Assembly (NCBI RefSeq): GCF_001194135.2
Contig: NC_068992.1
Location: 42,336,266 to 42,379,931 of the forward strand
DNA: 43,666 bases
Direction: 5' to 3'
Source: Octopus bimaculoides
Lineage: Eukaryota
Shown here one piece after another: positions 12,651 to 23,592 of this stretch. Made by a program: the position numbers and the translations under genes. The notes beneath the pieces are model-generated. The model made no database searches. It had not been told where the DNA came from and worked only from the letters and a program-made list of their open reading frames with translations. Within the stretch, counting starts at the first letter, position 1. Every line of letters begins with the position of its first letter.

Positions 12651-13700
12651 GCTGCTGCAGTTGGAGGTGTTGATATTGCTGCTACTGCTGCTGTTACTAC
12701 CGCTGCTGCTACTGTTTGTGCCACTGTGGCTTTTGCCGCTGCTGCTGTTAGTTCTTCCACGGTAAATGGAGCCACCGCTCCAAACGCCGATATCGCTTCG
12801 TTATTGTTGGTGTTGTGGAATTAGGTGATGTGATATTTTTTTTCTTGTGATGACCTAGCTACTCTTGCTGTTGTTGCTGCATTTTTCTTGCCTTGTAAAT
12901 GTTTTGTTATTGTTGTTGTTGTAGCAGTGGTTGTGACGCCAGTGGTAGGTCCATCATTTCTTCCCTTCTGCTTTTGTTGTGTCGTACGAATGCTCGTAGA
13001 TGATCCGTCATTCTACAGACATAGCATCTCGGTCGTCTACTCTCCACACTCATTCATAATGCGGTTCCATTCGGCAAGAAGTTCAGATCTGGGATCCTTT
13101 TCAGCTGGCTTAGCTTTACATGGAGAAGCACCCCCAGTCTGATCCCAGTTGAATTATTTCTCTTTGATCTCTTGATCTATAAGAGTCTCGCTCTTATCTA
13201 ATACCACACAAGTGGAAATCCACCACAAATCTAGTTCTCGTGGCACCCTTTATATGGTAATTTACACTGCCCTTTTTCCAAAATATGTAGGGAGTTCTTC
13301 TCTACGGTGAGTGGCTACCCTTGCTGAATTGCCTGAGCCTCAGCCTCAAATAAGACTTCGGTTCCGCAGAACTGCTCTGCTTTTCAATGCTTTTGCTGTT
13401 GCTATCGGTTCACTCGCCCGCCAGTACACGAGGTGCACTTGAACTGTAACTATCTCTGTTATATCTTCTCCTTCATCTGTCTTACTTTTGATAATGATGT
13501 TACCGATGCCTCTGCCGCCGCATGGTCCGATTGTGATACAGAAAACATTTCTCGTGAGTGCAAGAGAAGAAAGGAAGGGAAGTCTTCAGGTATAAGAGTA
13601 GATGGAAGTGTTTTCTTTTTGAATGCATTTAAAATGGATGCCACCATCTTCTAATAGATTTTGTTTCTAAACGCAAACCGAACGTTTCTTACTTTTTTTT
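12600..13700 (-). pseudogene. ORF1 (gag-like) remnant with CCHC zinc knuckle
   Basis: Frameshifted segments FRNKIY*KMVASILNAF..., GTEVLFEAEAQA, LPTYFGKRAV*ITI*RVPRELDLWWIS, and VESRRPR-CYVCRMTDHLRAF(V). The last is C-X2-C-X4-H-X4 with the final Cys lost (12985-13026). Confidence 0.7.
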
Positions 13701-13898
13701 TTCTATTTTGTAGGTAGGAAGCAGAAATATTGCCCTTTACGGGGCACAACAAGCACAAAGATCAGTAGATTCCTGGTACTCTTGGTAACAAATCACAACA
13801 AAATTTTATCACAAAAACGTCATAAACATTGAAAAAAAGTCATTTTAAGCAGGACTTACTTTGTTCGAAAACAAGGCTGAAGTATTCCACAACAAATA

Positions 13899-13899
13899 T

Positions 13900-13959
<60 letters not shown>

Positions 13960-14185
13960 GATAATCCTTTGTATTATAAGCAAGAGGCCTGAAAAATTTG
14001 TGGGGAGGGGACTAGTCGATTACTTTGACCCCAGTGTTTCACTCGTACTTAATACAGCGATCCCGAAAGGATAAAAGGTAAAGTCGACCTCGGCGGAATT
14101 TGAACTCAGAACGTAACGACGGGCAAATACCGCAAAGCAGTTCAATAATAATAATAATGATAATAATAATAATAATAATAATAAT

Positions 14186-14237
<52 letters not shown>

Positions 14238-14255
14238 GTAATAATAATAATAATA
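13899..14255 (-). mobile_element. SINE family B, 5'-interrupted, between two (AAT)n tracts
   Basis: Body 13961-14138 (GTCGACCTCGGCGGAATTTGAACTCAGAACGTAA, the B-box complement); (AAT)n at 13899-13958 and 14143-14255. Confidence 0.85.
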
Positions 14256-14639
14256 AATGCCCTAATGCAGTGCCAGGCAGTGGCTCTCATGGCTTCTGAG
14301 CTTAATTGTCTTGAAGTGTTATCATGTACATTGTTTTGTCTTGGTATAAAAGATTTGCTTGTCAGTTGTTTGACCTTATCCAGTTGAGCATGTCCCTTGG
14401 TGGCTGACGATATGTGCATCTCTGATCATGAGCAGAAGTTGAGTGGGGCATCATAGCCATGTGTTGAGAGGAATTCTTTGGAGTTTGAATAATTCACCTT
14501 TGGAAACATGGGTGTTTTGCTCAACATCCTCAAACAAACCTTATTCAGGGACCTTTGAGCGGGATGGGCTACTCGACTTGAAGAAAATTCTAACTGGACC
14601 CCCAGCTGCAAGATCATGCGCTGTTTATCTTGATATGAG
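14255..14639. repeat. probable interspersed repeat of unassigned family
   Basis: Complex sequence bounded by an (AAT)n tract and a gap. Resembles from recollection a common octopus repeat; no second copy in the window. Confidence 0.35.
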
Positions 14640-14739
14640 NNNNNNNNNNNNNNNNNNNNNNNNNNNNNNNNNNNNNNNNNNNNNNNNNNNNNNNNNNNNN
14701 NNNNNNNNNNNNNNNNNNNNNNNNNNNNNNNNNNNNNNN

Positions 14740-14950
14740 GAAGAAGAAGAAGAAGAAGAAGAAGAAGAAGAAGAAGAAGAAGAAGAAGAAGAAGAAGAAG
14801 AAGAAGAAGAAGAAGAAGAAGAACAAGAAGAACAAGAAGAACAAGAAGAAGAACAAGAAGAACAAGAACAAGAACAAGAAGAACAAGAAGAACAAGAAGA
14901 ACAACAACAACGACAACGACGACGACGACGACGATGATGACGACGACAAT
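14740..14950. repeat. graded trinucleotide array (GAA)n to GAA/CAA mix to (CAA)/(CGA)/(TGA)
   Basis: Read directly; source of poly-E/F/S ORFs. Confidence 0.95.
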
Positions 14951-15193
14951 AAGAACAAAACAGTAATGGGTTGATCACGGCTCGAACGACCTTGATCAGA
15001 GATCTGCTGTTTGAGCTGTAATCTAGACCTAAGCAACAGCATTTAGCAAGAACAATAACAGAAATACGTAAATCACTATATTTGCTTTTGTTTTGTTGTG
15101 AAATATGGTATTGTACAGTATACAACATTACAGTGTCGACAGCTTTATATATAATATATAGATTAGTATACGCTGTTTAAATATTACACATTC

Positions 15194-15620
15194 TAAGGCG
15201 GCGATCAAGCAAAAACGTTAGCACGCCGGGCGAAATGCTAAGCGGTATTTCGTCTGACTTTACATTCTGAATTCGAATTTTGCCGTGGTCGACTTTGCCT
15301 TTCATCCATTCGGGGTTGACAAATTAAGTACCAGTGAAACACTGGGTCGATATAATTGACTAGTCCCATTCCCCAAAATTGTCAGGGCCTTGTGCCAAGA
15401 GTAGAACTAGTTATACGTTCTAAGGCAGTGAACGGGCAGAGTCTTTTCATTTCACGTTTGTCTTTTCATTCTGAGTTCAAATTCCACCGAAGTCGACTTT
15501 GCTTTTCATCCTTTCGGGGTTGATAAATTAAGTACCAGTTGCGTACTGAGGGTCGATCTAATTGACAGCCCGCCCTCCCCCCAAATTTCGGGCCTTGTGC
15601 CCTGAGTAGAAAAGAATATT
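15194..15620 (+). mobile_element. two tandem SINE family B copies
   Basis: 15194-15410 and 15421-15620 both carry GTCGACTTTGC(C/T)TTTCATCC...AAATTAAGTACCAGT...GGCCTTGTGCC. Confidence 0.88.
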
Positions 15621-16221
15621 NNNNNNNNNNNNNNNNNNNNNNNNNNNNNNNNNNNNNNNNNNNNNNNNNNNNNNNNNNNNNNNNNNNNNNNNNNNNNNNN
15701 NNNNNNNNNNNNNNNNNNNNNNNNNNNNNNNNNNNNNNNNNNNNNNNNNNNNNNNNNNNNNNNNNNNNNNNNNNNNNNNNNNNNNNNNNNNNNNNNNNNN
15801 NNNNNNNNNNNNNNNNNNNNNNNNNNNNNNNNNNNNNNNNNNNNNNNNNNNNNNNNNNNNNNNNNNNNNNNNNNNNNNNNNNNNNNNNNNNNNNNNNNNN
15901 NNNNNNNNNNNNNNNNNNNNNNNNNNNNNNNNNNNNNNNNNNNNNNNNNNNNNNNNNNNNNNNNNNNNNNNNNNNNNNNNNNNNNNNNNNNNNNNNNNNN
16001 NNNNNNNNNNNNNNNNNNNNNNNNNNNNNNNNNNNNNNNNNNNNNNNNNNNNNNNNNNNNNNNNNNNNNNNNNNNNNNNNNNNNNNNNNNNNNNNNNNNN
16101 NNNNNNNNNNNNNNNNNNNNNNNNNNNNNNNNNNNNNNNNNNNNNNNNNNNNNNNNNNNNNNNNNNNNNNNNNNNNNNNNNNNNNNNNNNNNNNNNNNNN
16201 NNNNNNNNNNNTGTGTATATA

Positions 16222-16259
<38 letters not shown>

Positions 16260-17004
16260 CAAGAGAGTCCACTGAGACGTTCATAGGCTGACCAAGATAC
16301 TCTCATGGAATGTGACCAAATGCGGTATATTTATCAATATATCTCCACCCCCGTGTGGTCCACACATTATTCCATTAGTGTGGCAGCCCTACGACCCCAT
16401 TGGTGAAGAGGGGTGTTTCTATAGCATGGCTCGTCTTTTTATCTCTGGCTCAAAGTGATGAATCCAACACTCATCTGGATTAGGAAACGTACAAGCAACC
16501 AGCTGGATGTGCCTTAAATAACGTCATGTGTGCCTTTGTCTAAGTGTCAGAAAACGAGCCTCCCACTGAACAGAACCCTTCGTCACACCAAGTGCATTCT
16601 ATAGAATATTCTCGACTCTTGTACGGGATATGCTAATAGTTGGCTATTAGATTTATTGCCAAACGATTCTCTTCAGCCCTAGCAATGTTTTCCTCGGTGG
16701 TGGCAATTGTCATTTGAAGGTTCTGTCTTCCCCTCCTAAATTCAACTGCCCACTTCTGCACTCTCGATAGTGCTGGAGTGTCATCCCCTAATGTAGCAAC
16801 CATCACAATATGAATTCCTAGGGGGCTATAGAGAAGTCGTATCTGGTTACTTTTGAAGTCTTCTTTAAACAGTCAGATGTCAGGTTACCCGGCAAGAAAC
16901 AACGCTGTTATTAATGAGAAGAGTTGAAATTAATGCATGCAAGATTTCACAGGTCTAGCGTCTTTCCTTCATGGACAGCTTATGAACACTTCAGCCTACC
17001 TTCG
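16260..17004 (-). mobile_element. mariner-family DNA transposon, internally deleted, 745 bp
   Basis: Diverged TIRs (16260-~16293 vs 16973-17004, shared CTGA..GTTCATA.GCTG.CC) with TA on both sides. Minus-strand translation: MVATLGDDTPALSRVQKWAVEFRRGR, ATTEENI, ISISRTRVENIL, DECWIHHFEPEIKR...KHPSSP, then FTNG...CVDHTG..YIDK. Confidence 0.85.
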
Positions 17005-17015
17005 TATGTACCAGC

Positions 17016-17019
<4 letters not shown>

Positions 17020-17060
<41 letters not shown>

Positions 17061-17197
17061 TGTCTTTATAGTCGTGTTTGTCTGCCACCACACTGCTTGA
17101 CAACCGATGATGTTTTTTTTATGTCTCCGTAGCTTACCGGTTCGGCAAAAAGAGGCCCATAGAATAAGTACCAGGATTATGAGAAACAATTGTTGGC
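17020..17197 (+). mobile_element. SINE family A 3' tail after (TG)n
   Basis: GCTTGACAACCGATG...CGGTTCGGCAAAAAGAG...ATAGAATAAGTACCAGG is homologous to the tails at 24447-24650 (minus) and 33555-33760. Confidence 0.78.
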
Positions 17198-17595
17198 NNN
17201 NNNNNNNNNNNNNNNNNNNNNNNNNNNNNNNNNNNNNNNNNNNNNNNNNNNNNNNNNNNNNNNNNNNNNNNNNNNNNNNNNNNNNNNNNNNNNNNNNNNN
17301 NNNNNNNNNNNNNNNNNNNNNNNNNNNNNNNNNNNNNNNNNNNNNNNNNNNNNNNNNNNNNNNNNNNNNNNNNNNNNNNNNNNNNNNNNNNNNNNNNNNN
17401 NNNNNNNNNNNNNNNNNNNNNNNNNNNNNNNNNNNNNNNNNNNNNNNNNNNNNNNNNNNNNNNNNNNNNNNNNNNNNNNNNNNNNNNNNNNNNNNNNNNT
17501 GTGTGCACATGCACGTTAATAAGTAACGGACGTATAAAGACTCTGCAGTAATTGTTTCATTTTCTTGCTTATCCTGTCTCTTCTGTGTTTCCCAT

Positions 17596-17599
<4 letters not shown>

Positions 17600-17660
<61 letters not shown>

Positions 17661-17940
17661 CCTATCAAAATCACCATCTCTTACTTTCTCTCTTCTTCGT
17701 TTCGTTGTCTTTTATTCTTCTCACTATCTTTGTTTAGCCGTTCATCATTATTTTTCTCAGTTTTTCCTTCTCGCAATTTCCTTCCTTCCTTCTTTCCTTC
17801 TTTCCTCCCTTCCTTCCTTCCTTCCTTTATTCATTCATTCATTTACCTTTCATCTTTCCCATTTACTTTCTTCTTTCGTATTACTATCTCTCTCTCTCTC
17901 TCTGTCTCTCTCTCTGTCTATTGCTCTCTCTCTCTCTCTN
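17600..17940. repeat. pyrimidine-rich (CT)n/(TTCC)n low-complexity block
   Basis: (CT)n 17600-17647, (TTCC)n 17779-17826, (CT)n to the gap; continues at 18579-18650. Confidence 0.92.
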
Positions 17941-18578
17941 NNNNNNNNNNNNNNNNNNNNNNNNNNNNNNNNNNNNNNNNNNNNNNNNNNNNNNNNNNNN
18001 NNNNNNNNNNNNNNNNNNNNNNNNNNNNNNNNNNNNNNNNNNNNNNNNNNNNNNNNNNNNNNNNNNNNNNNNNNNNNNNNNNNNNNNNNNNNNNNNNNNN
18101 NNNNNNNNNNNNNNNNNNNNNNNNNNNNNNNNNNNNNNNNNNNNNNNNNNNNNNNNNNNNNNNNNNNNNNNNNNNNNNNNNNNNNNNNNNNNNNNNNNNN
18201 NNNNNNNNNNNNNNNNNNNNNNNNNNNNNNNNNNNNNNNNNNNNNNNNNNNNNNNNNNNNNNNNNNNNNNNNNNNNNNNNNNNNNNNNNNNNNNNNNNNN
18301 NNNNNNNNNNNNNNNNNNNNNNNNNNNNNNNNNNNNNNNNNNNNNNNNNNNNNNNNNNNNNNNNNNNNNNNNNNNNNNNNNNNNNNNNNNNNNNNNNNNN
18401 NNNNNNNNNNNNNNNNNNNNNNNNNNNNNNNNNNNNNNNNNNNNNNNNNNNNNNNNNNNNNNNNNNNNNNNNNNNNNNNNNNNNNNNNNNNNNNNNNNNN
18501 NNNNNNNNNNNNNNNNNNNNNNNNNNNNNNNNNNNNNNNNNNNNNNNNNNNNNNNNNNNNNNNNNNNNNNNNNNNNNN

Positions 18579-18651
<73 letters not shown>

Positions 18652-19399
18652 TTGCCTATCTTTCACTATGTTCCTTCTGAATTTAATTCTCTCTCCTTCT
18701 CTCTTTCTCTCTCTTCTTCCTATGCTCCTTTCCTATTTACATAATTTCTTTCAGTTTACTCTCCCCAACTAATATATACGCATACTATGTATATCCCTCT
18801 TTCTCTTCTTGTTTACTCTGTGTCCATCTCTCTCTCTCTCTCTTTCTCTCTCTCTCGCTCACTCCCCTCTCTCTTATCCTTCTCTTAATATCCATTTCTA
18901 AGTAAAATAAAAGCAAAAGAAAAGAAAAGCCGAAAATACAAAATCCGTCCGTTTCCACGATGAGTAATCCACTTATTCATTTCCCCGTGACACGTACTTA
19001 CTAAATTCTACACAAGGTGGTTGATTATACCAAAGATAATCGTACCTTTAACATACTTTTCGTGTAGAGTCAGTGTTAGACAGTGTACGAGAATGGAACC
19101 TCATTGAAATTCGAGTATAACTCATCTAATGAAATTTGAACCCATTTCTATCGTTTAGCGTAATACAGAGTAAGTTAATGAAACTTCTATCGTAAATGGC
19201 AGTTTCATAAAAGCGTTGGATGAAATGCCTGCGGTGACTGTTTTAAGAAATACTGTGATCTGAGCTAGGACGGATTCAGACCCATACAGGTTCTAGATAC
19301 TCGATTCTGATGCATCCATATATACGTAATTCAAAGTATAAACACCAGGAACATTCAGAGAGCGCAAACCACCGCCGAAGCAACAACAACGTCCTCTGC

Positions 19400-19718
19400 A
19401 CGATTAGCCGGAGATGATTTTTAAAATGAGAATATCTGAAATAAACTTAACTGCTCTCACAACTGAAGATACTAAAAATGAACCCGACTGCTCTCAAAAA
19501 TTAAGTGAAAAGAAAACAGGAAAAATAATCCAGAATCCTTGCCTTGTACCGGATCGATCCCAAAATCTAATCAGTTTGTGCCAGTCACGAGGCCAAACAT
19601 CCCTGAAAGTTTAATTCGAATCCATCTAGCAGTTCTTGAGATATCTTGACAACGGACAAACAAACAAACAAATACGACTGAAAACAATACCTCCACCTTC
19701 GCTAAGGTGGAAGTAATA
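19400..19718 (-). mobile_element. non-autonomous Helentron/DINE-1-like element, copy 1
   Basis: Terminal hairpin ACCTCCACCTT-CGCT-AAGGTGGAAGT (19689-19714), (CAAA)n microsatellite and GAGATATC motif. About 145 bp (19575-19718) is near-identical to 39930-40078. The class call is architectural inference. Confidence 0.6.
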
Positions 19719-20358
19719 ATAAACCATAAAATAAATATATATTTTTATAACAAAACAAAACTAAGAGTAACGTGCAAAATAATGTATAGTTTTCTAGAAC
19801 ATCCTCTTTTATCTCTCCTACTTGTTTTTTAATTGGAAAGTTTTTGATATTCTGAACACTTTGAAATTAGATCTCCTATCATATAAAATTCGAAAATTAT
19901 TTCAGCAAGTTTAAAGTAATTTTTGTTTGTGCCGTAAACCATTTACCATTTCTGTAGTCTCCCACCACCACCACTTTCCTTGATGCTCTAAGCATGTGCT
20001 TATTTGGTTAAATGTTTAATCCAGCGCTGGATCTGAGTTCAAAACTTGTTGGGATTAATTTTCTCTTTTATCCTTTAGGATGCCATAAAAATATGTCCCG
20101 GTCCAGGGCCGTGGTTTGGCGGAACTGTAGAGGGCCGGGAGATATACCAGGTGGAACCTATTCTAATTCTTTCAGGTGTGACAGCAAACTTGAGACAACG
20201 CTGGTGTTCAGCTGTATCGATTCGATCCAAGATGGCAGCTGTAACCTTGGAAACATATCAGTGGTATGGGGAGAGGAGTTTTGCCACGTTTTCTTAGAAC
20301 AATATTTTCCAGGACTGCACATTCATATGACATTTCGCCCCCTCGCACATTGTGTATG

Positions 20359-20407
<49 letters not shown>

Positions 20408-20882
20408 NNNNNNNNNNNNNNNNNNNNNNNNNNNNNNNNNNNNNNNNNNNNNNNNNNNNNNNNNNNNNNNNNNNNNNNNNNNNNNNNNNNNNNNNNNNNN
20501 NNNNNNNNNNNNNNNNNNNNNNNNNNNNNNNNNNNNNNNNNNNNNNNNNNNNNNNNNNNNNNNNNNNNNNNNNNNNNNNNNNNNNNNNNNNNNNNNNNNN
20601 NNNNNNNNNNNNNNNNNNNNNNNNNNNNNNNNNNNNNNNNNNNNNNNNNNNNNNNNNNNNNNNNNNNNNNNNNNNNNNNNNNNNNNNNNNNNNNNNNNNN
20701 NNNNNNNNNNNNNNNNNNNNNNNNNNNNNNNNNNNNNNNNNNNNNNNNNNNNNNNNNNNNNNNNNNNNNNNNNNNNNNNNNNNNNNNNNNNNNNNNNNNN
20801 NNNNNNNNNNNNNNNNNNNNNNNNNNNNNNNNNNNNNNNNNNNNNNTATGTATGTATGTATGTATGTATGTATATATATATA

Positions 20883-21080
20883 GGAGGGAGAATATACAAA
20901 TAATAACAACAGACGAGGACAGGTGGTGTAAATAACAAAAGTATATATTAGTATGACGCTCGGGAATACGGAAAGTCTTTGACGTTTCGAGCTACGCTCT
21001 TCAACAGAAAGAATACGGAGACAAGGAGAAAAACACGGAGAAAAAAAATTGAATAGTGTTCAGTCAACGGTCAATCATAA
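20883..21080 (-). mobile_element. interspersed repeat, putative Penelope-like 3' end, copy 2
   Basis: Homologous to 5720-6020; contains a minimal hammerhead-like motif. Confidence 0.6.
20976..21012 (-). ncRNA. minimal hammerhead ribozyme-like motif (A6U variant)
   Basis: UCUUU-CUGUUGA-A-GAGC-gua-GCUC-GAAA-CGUC-AAAGA: 5-bp stem I, 4-bp stem II, palindromic ACGU stem III, GUC cleavage triplet. Confidence 0.5.
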
Positions 21081-21329
21081 GTATATAGGTTTATATGTAT
21101 CACTGCGCCGGCGCGGTTCCCTGATTTAAGGAAATTGGATTGCAGTCACGAGGTTTTGGGTTTAGCCTAACCACTGCACAGGACTTTCGGCTGGTGTTTT
21201 CTAGTGCAATCGCAGGTCAACCAATTGAGGAAATCGCTCGCTCCCTCTCTCTCCTTTAATTCCCTTTCTCTCTCTCTCTCTCTCTCTCTCCCTCTCTCCC
21301 TCCCTCTCATACACACACACACACACATG

Positions 21330-21690
21330 TATGCGCATGTATGGTTCTGTAGTTAAGAATCTCGCTTTGCAACTACATAACTACAGCATCTTGGGCCCGT
21401 ATCTCCTATAGCCCTGGACCCGCCAATGTCCTGTGCGTGCGTGTGTGCGTGCGTGCGTGGGTGCATGTGTGTTTGTGTTTGTCCCACCCTCTGTGATTAG
21501 CAACCAATGTTAGTTTACATATGCCTCTGTTACCTAGCCGTTCAGCAGAAAGTAAACGATAGAATAATACGCCGTAGACGTTTAACGAAAATGAATACGG
21601 GGGTCGAAATGTTCGACTAAACACTTCGAGGCGGTGCCCAAGCATAGCTGCAGTCCAATAGCTAAAGCAAGTAAAAGATGCAATAGATTC
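21330..21690 (+). mobile_element. SINE family A, degenerate head, (TG)n and tail
   Basis: Tail motifs GTTCGACTAAA...GAGGCGGTGCCCCAGCATAGCTGCAGTC match family A. Confidence 0.72.
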
Positions 21691-22951
21691 GATGCACATA
21701 TAGACTCCTGCATGCATATATACATGCATATAAACTCCTGCATGCATTCTCAGACAGCCCCATAGAGCTACAGTGTATAACTAAGCTCTCTTTTCTCAGC
21801 TTACATGAACATTCATCGCTGTATTAAAGAACAAACAACTGAGCGTTTCAAGACAAGGCCGTCTTTACAGCATTTTTAGGTCGTTGGGTAGAACAATGCT
21901 CTATTTATTGACGTCAAGCCTCGGCATAAACAGGCAAACGGCCTCTAAATCCGTGTGATCGCTTGACAGCTTCCAAGATCATGTCTTAAGGAGGCACCGC
22001 TGGGTCCTTGTAACGTATTTTCTGAGCAAACTCGGCGTGATGCAGCGTGACAGTATTGGGTCTTTGTAGTACAGACTAAGTCCAATCGATGAGCTTCTAC
22101 ACAACACAGTGTATGCTTTGCTAGCTTAAATCATGAGGCTTGTCCATCCGAGTTTCTGGTAAAATACACACACCCAAGATACTACGTTGTAGAATTGAAA
22201 ATGGAAATCATATTTGAAGAGTAAATTCTTAACCGTTCAGCCACGCGTGGCAGAGTGTTTCGTAGATGTTTGCTCATTTAATGTAATCTTCATGTAGAAG
22301 TTAAGCGTCACTCTGCTTCTAGTCTTCTCCCTTTTATGTGTAACCCATCTAAAACGTGCCCTTTTTCCAATCCAATTTCCAATCACAAAGATTTTTTCAG
22401 TCCAATTTTCATCACAAAGACCGAGTCACACTGGGTTAAGACAAAAATGCACATGTTGAAAATTACGCGAAGCTGAACTAAACTCAGACCTGTTTGATCG
22501 AGAAACAAACATCTTAACAACTGAGCCATTCTTGAATTCATTTAGACTATTCAAGCATGGCCTTGTCTTGGAACGCTCATTTACTTGTGCAGTAATACAA
22601 CAATGACTGTTCATGTAAACTGAGGAGAGAGAGCTTAGTCCTATGGGATTGTCTGAGAATGCATGCAGGTGTATATATGTGCATCGAATCTCTTACATCA
22701 TTTATTTGCTTTAGCCATTGGACTGCAGCTATGCTTGGGCACCGCCTCGAACTGTTTAGTCGAACCAATCGACTCAAGTATTCAGTTTTGTTATACGTCT
22801 ACGACGCATAATTTTATCGTTTACTTTCTGCCGAACCGCTAGGTAACAGATGCGTATGCAGACTAACGTTGGTTGTTAATCACAGACCCTTTTGATCGAG
22901 GAACAAACTTCTTAACAACTGAGACATTCTTGAATTCATTTAAACTACTCA
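21490..22951. repeat. local inverted duplication (21490-21860 vs 22559-22886) plus 69-bp direct repeat (22485-22553, 22883-22951)
   Basis: Manual alignment; the inverted copies share non-SINE flank sequence; the direct repeats match 62/69. Confidence 0.85.
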
Positions 22952-23284
22952 TGTATGTACAAGGCCTATGTTGTACAAAGAGAAATAAGACTGAGTTTTG
23001 AGCCCCGAAAGTGGAAGTTGCTCTCAAAATTAATAGGTGATTATAAAATCTTTCTATTTCCTCTTTTAGTCAGGGCCGAGAAAGATATTCAAGTTTTCTT
23101 CCCTGGTTTTCAGAGTCCGGACCGATATACTAGCTTTCGTCCACTATTTCTATATGCACCGCGTAGGCGAATGAAATCTACCTGAAACCAACGTGAGAAA
23201 CTCTAGGCGCTAGTCTGAGCCGAAAACTGGTTTTTCAAACTGAAAACTATCGTTTAAAAAGGAAATGGTAAAAAGGGGAAAAAA

Positions 23285-23360
23285 ATCACCTGAGTTGGAA
23301 CATCTATGATCACTATGTCGATTAGTCATAGCCGACCTGGCGCTAAACAACAACCCCATC
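23285..23360 (+). mobile_element. short 5'-truncated retroposon 3' end with (AAC)n-type tail
   Basis: Shared motifs GTCA(C/T)GG(C/T)TGGAA ... GCCGACCTGG(G/C)G(C/T)TAAAC-AAC. Diverged copies at about 3100-3175, 3375-3452, 3543-3606 (minus) and 14955-15050, 23844-23915 (plus), each next to trinucleotide tracts. Confidence 0.5.
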
Positions 23361-23592
23361 ATAATTATCATCATATTTATCATCATAATTATCATCATAT
23401 TTATCATCATAATTATCATCATCATCATCATCATCATCATCATCGTCATTGTCGTCTTCATCGTCATTGTTTTCGTCATCGTCGTCATCGCCGTCGCCGT
23501 CGTCGTAGTCACCAGTATCATCATCACCGCTGCCGCCGACGCCGCCACTGTCGTCCACGTCACCGTCATCACCATCATCATCATCATCATTT
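23357..23592. repeat. compound (ATC)/(GTC)/(GCC) microsatellite with 12/24-bp higher-order units
   Basis: ATCATAATTATC/ATCATATTTATC alternation at about 23357-23420, followed by degenerate trinucleotides. Confidence 0.9.

Larger units (their letters stand above)
11750..13710 (-). mobile_element. L1/Tx1-like non-LTR retrotransposon, internally deleted and degenerate
   Basis: ORF1-like segments including a zinc knuckle, a Thr/Ala/Pro low-complexity segment, then ORF2 linker and post-RT motifs in the expected order. No APE or RT motifs found. Ends and TSD not identified. Confidence 0.8.

Noticed and set aside
12528-12824. Plus-strand Gly/Ala/Val-rich ORF
   Set aside because: Antisense shadow of the L1/Tx1 relic's low-complexity segment.
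14443-15128. Poly-E, poly-F and poly-S ORFs
   Set aside because: Translations of the (GAA)n array and a gap.
20095-20345. GC-richer patch starting CAGGGCCGTGG, reminiscent of a hAT terminus
   Set aside because: No matching second TIR, TSD or coding motif visible; it runs into a microsatellite and gap.
22362-22421. Two imperfect tandem copies of about 30 bp ending ATCACAAAGA
   Set aside because: Only two diverged adjacent units with no spacer; ordinary slippage duplication, not CRISPR-like.
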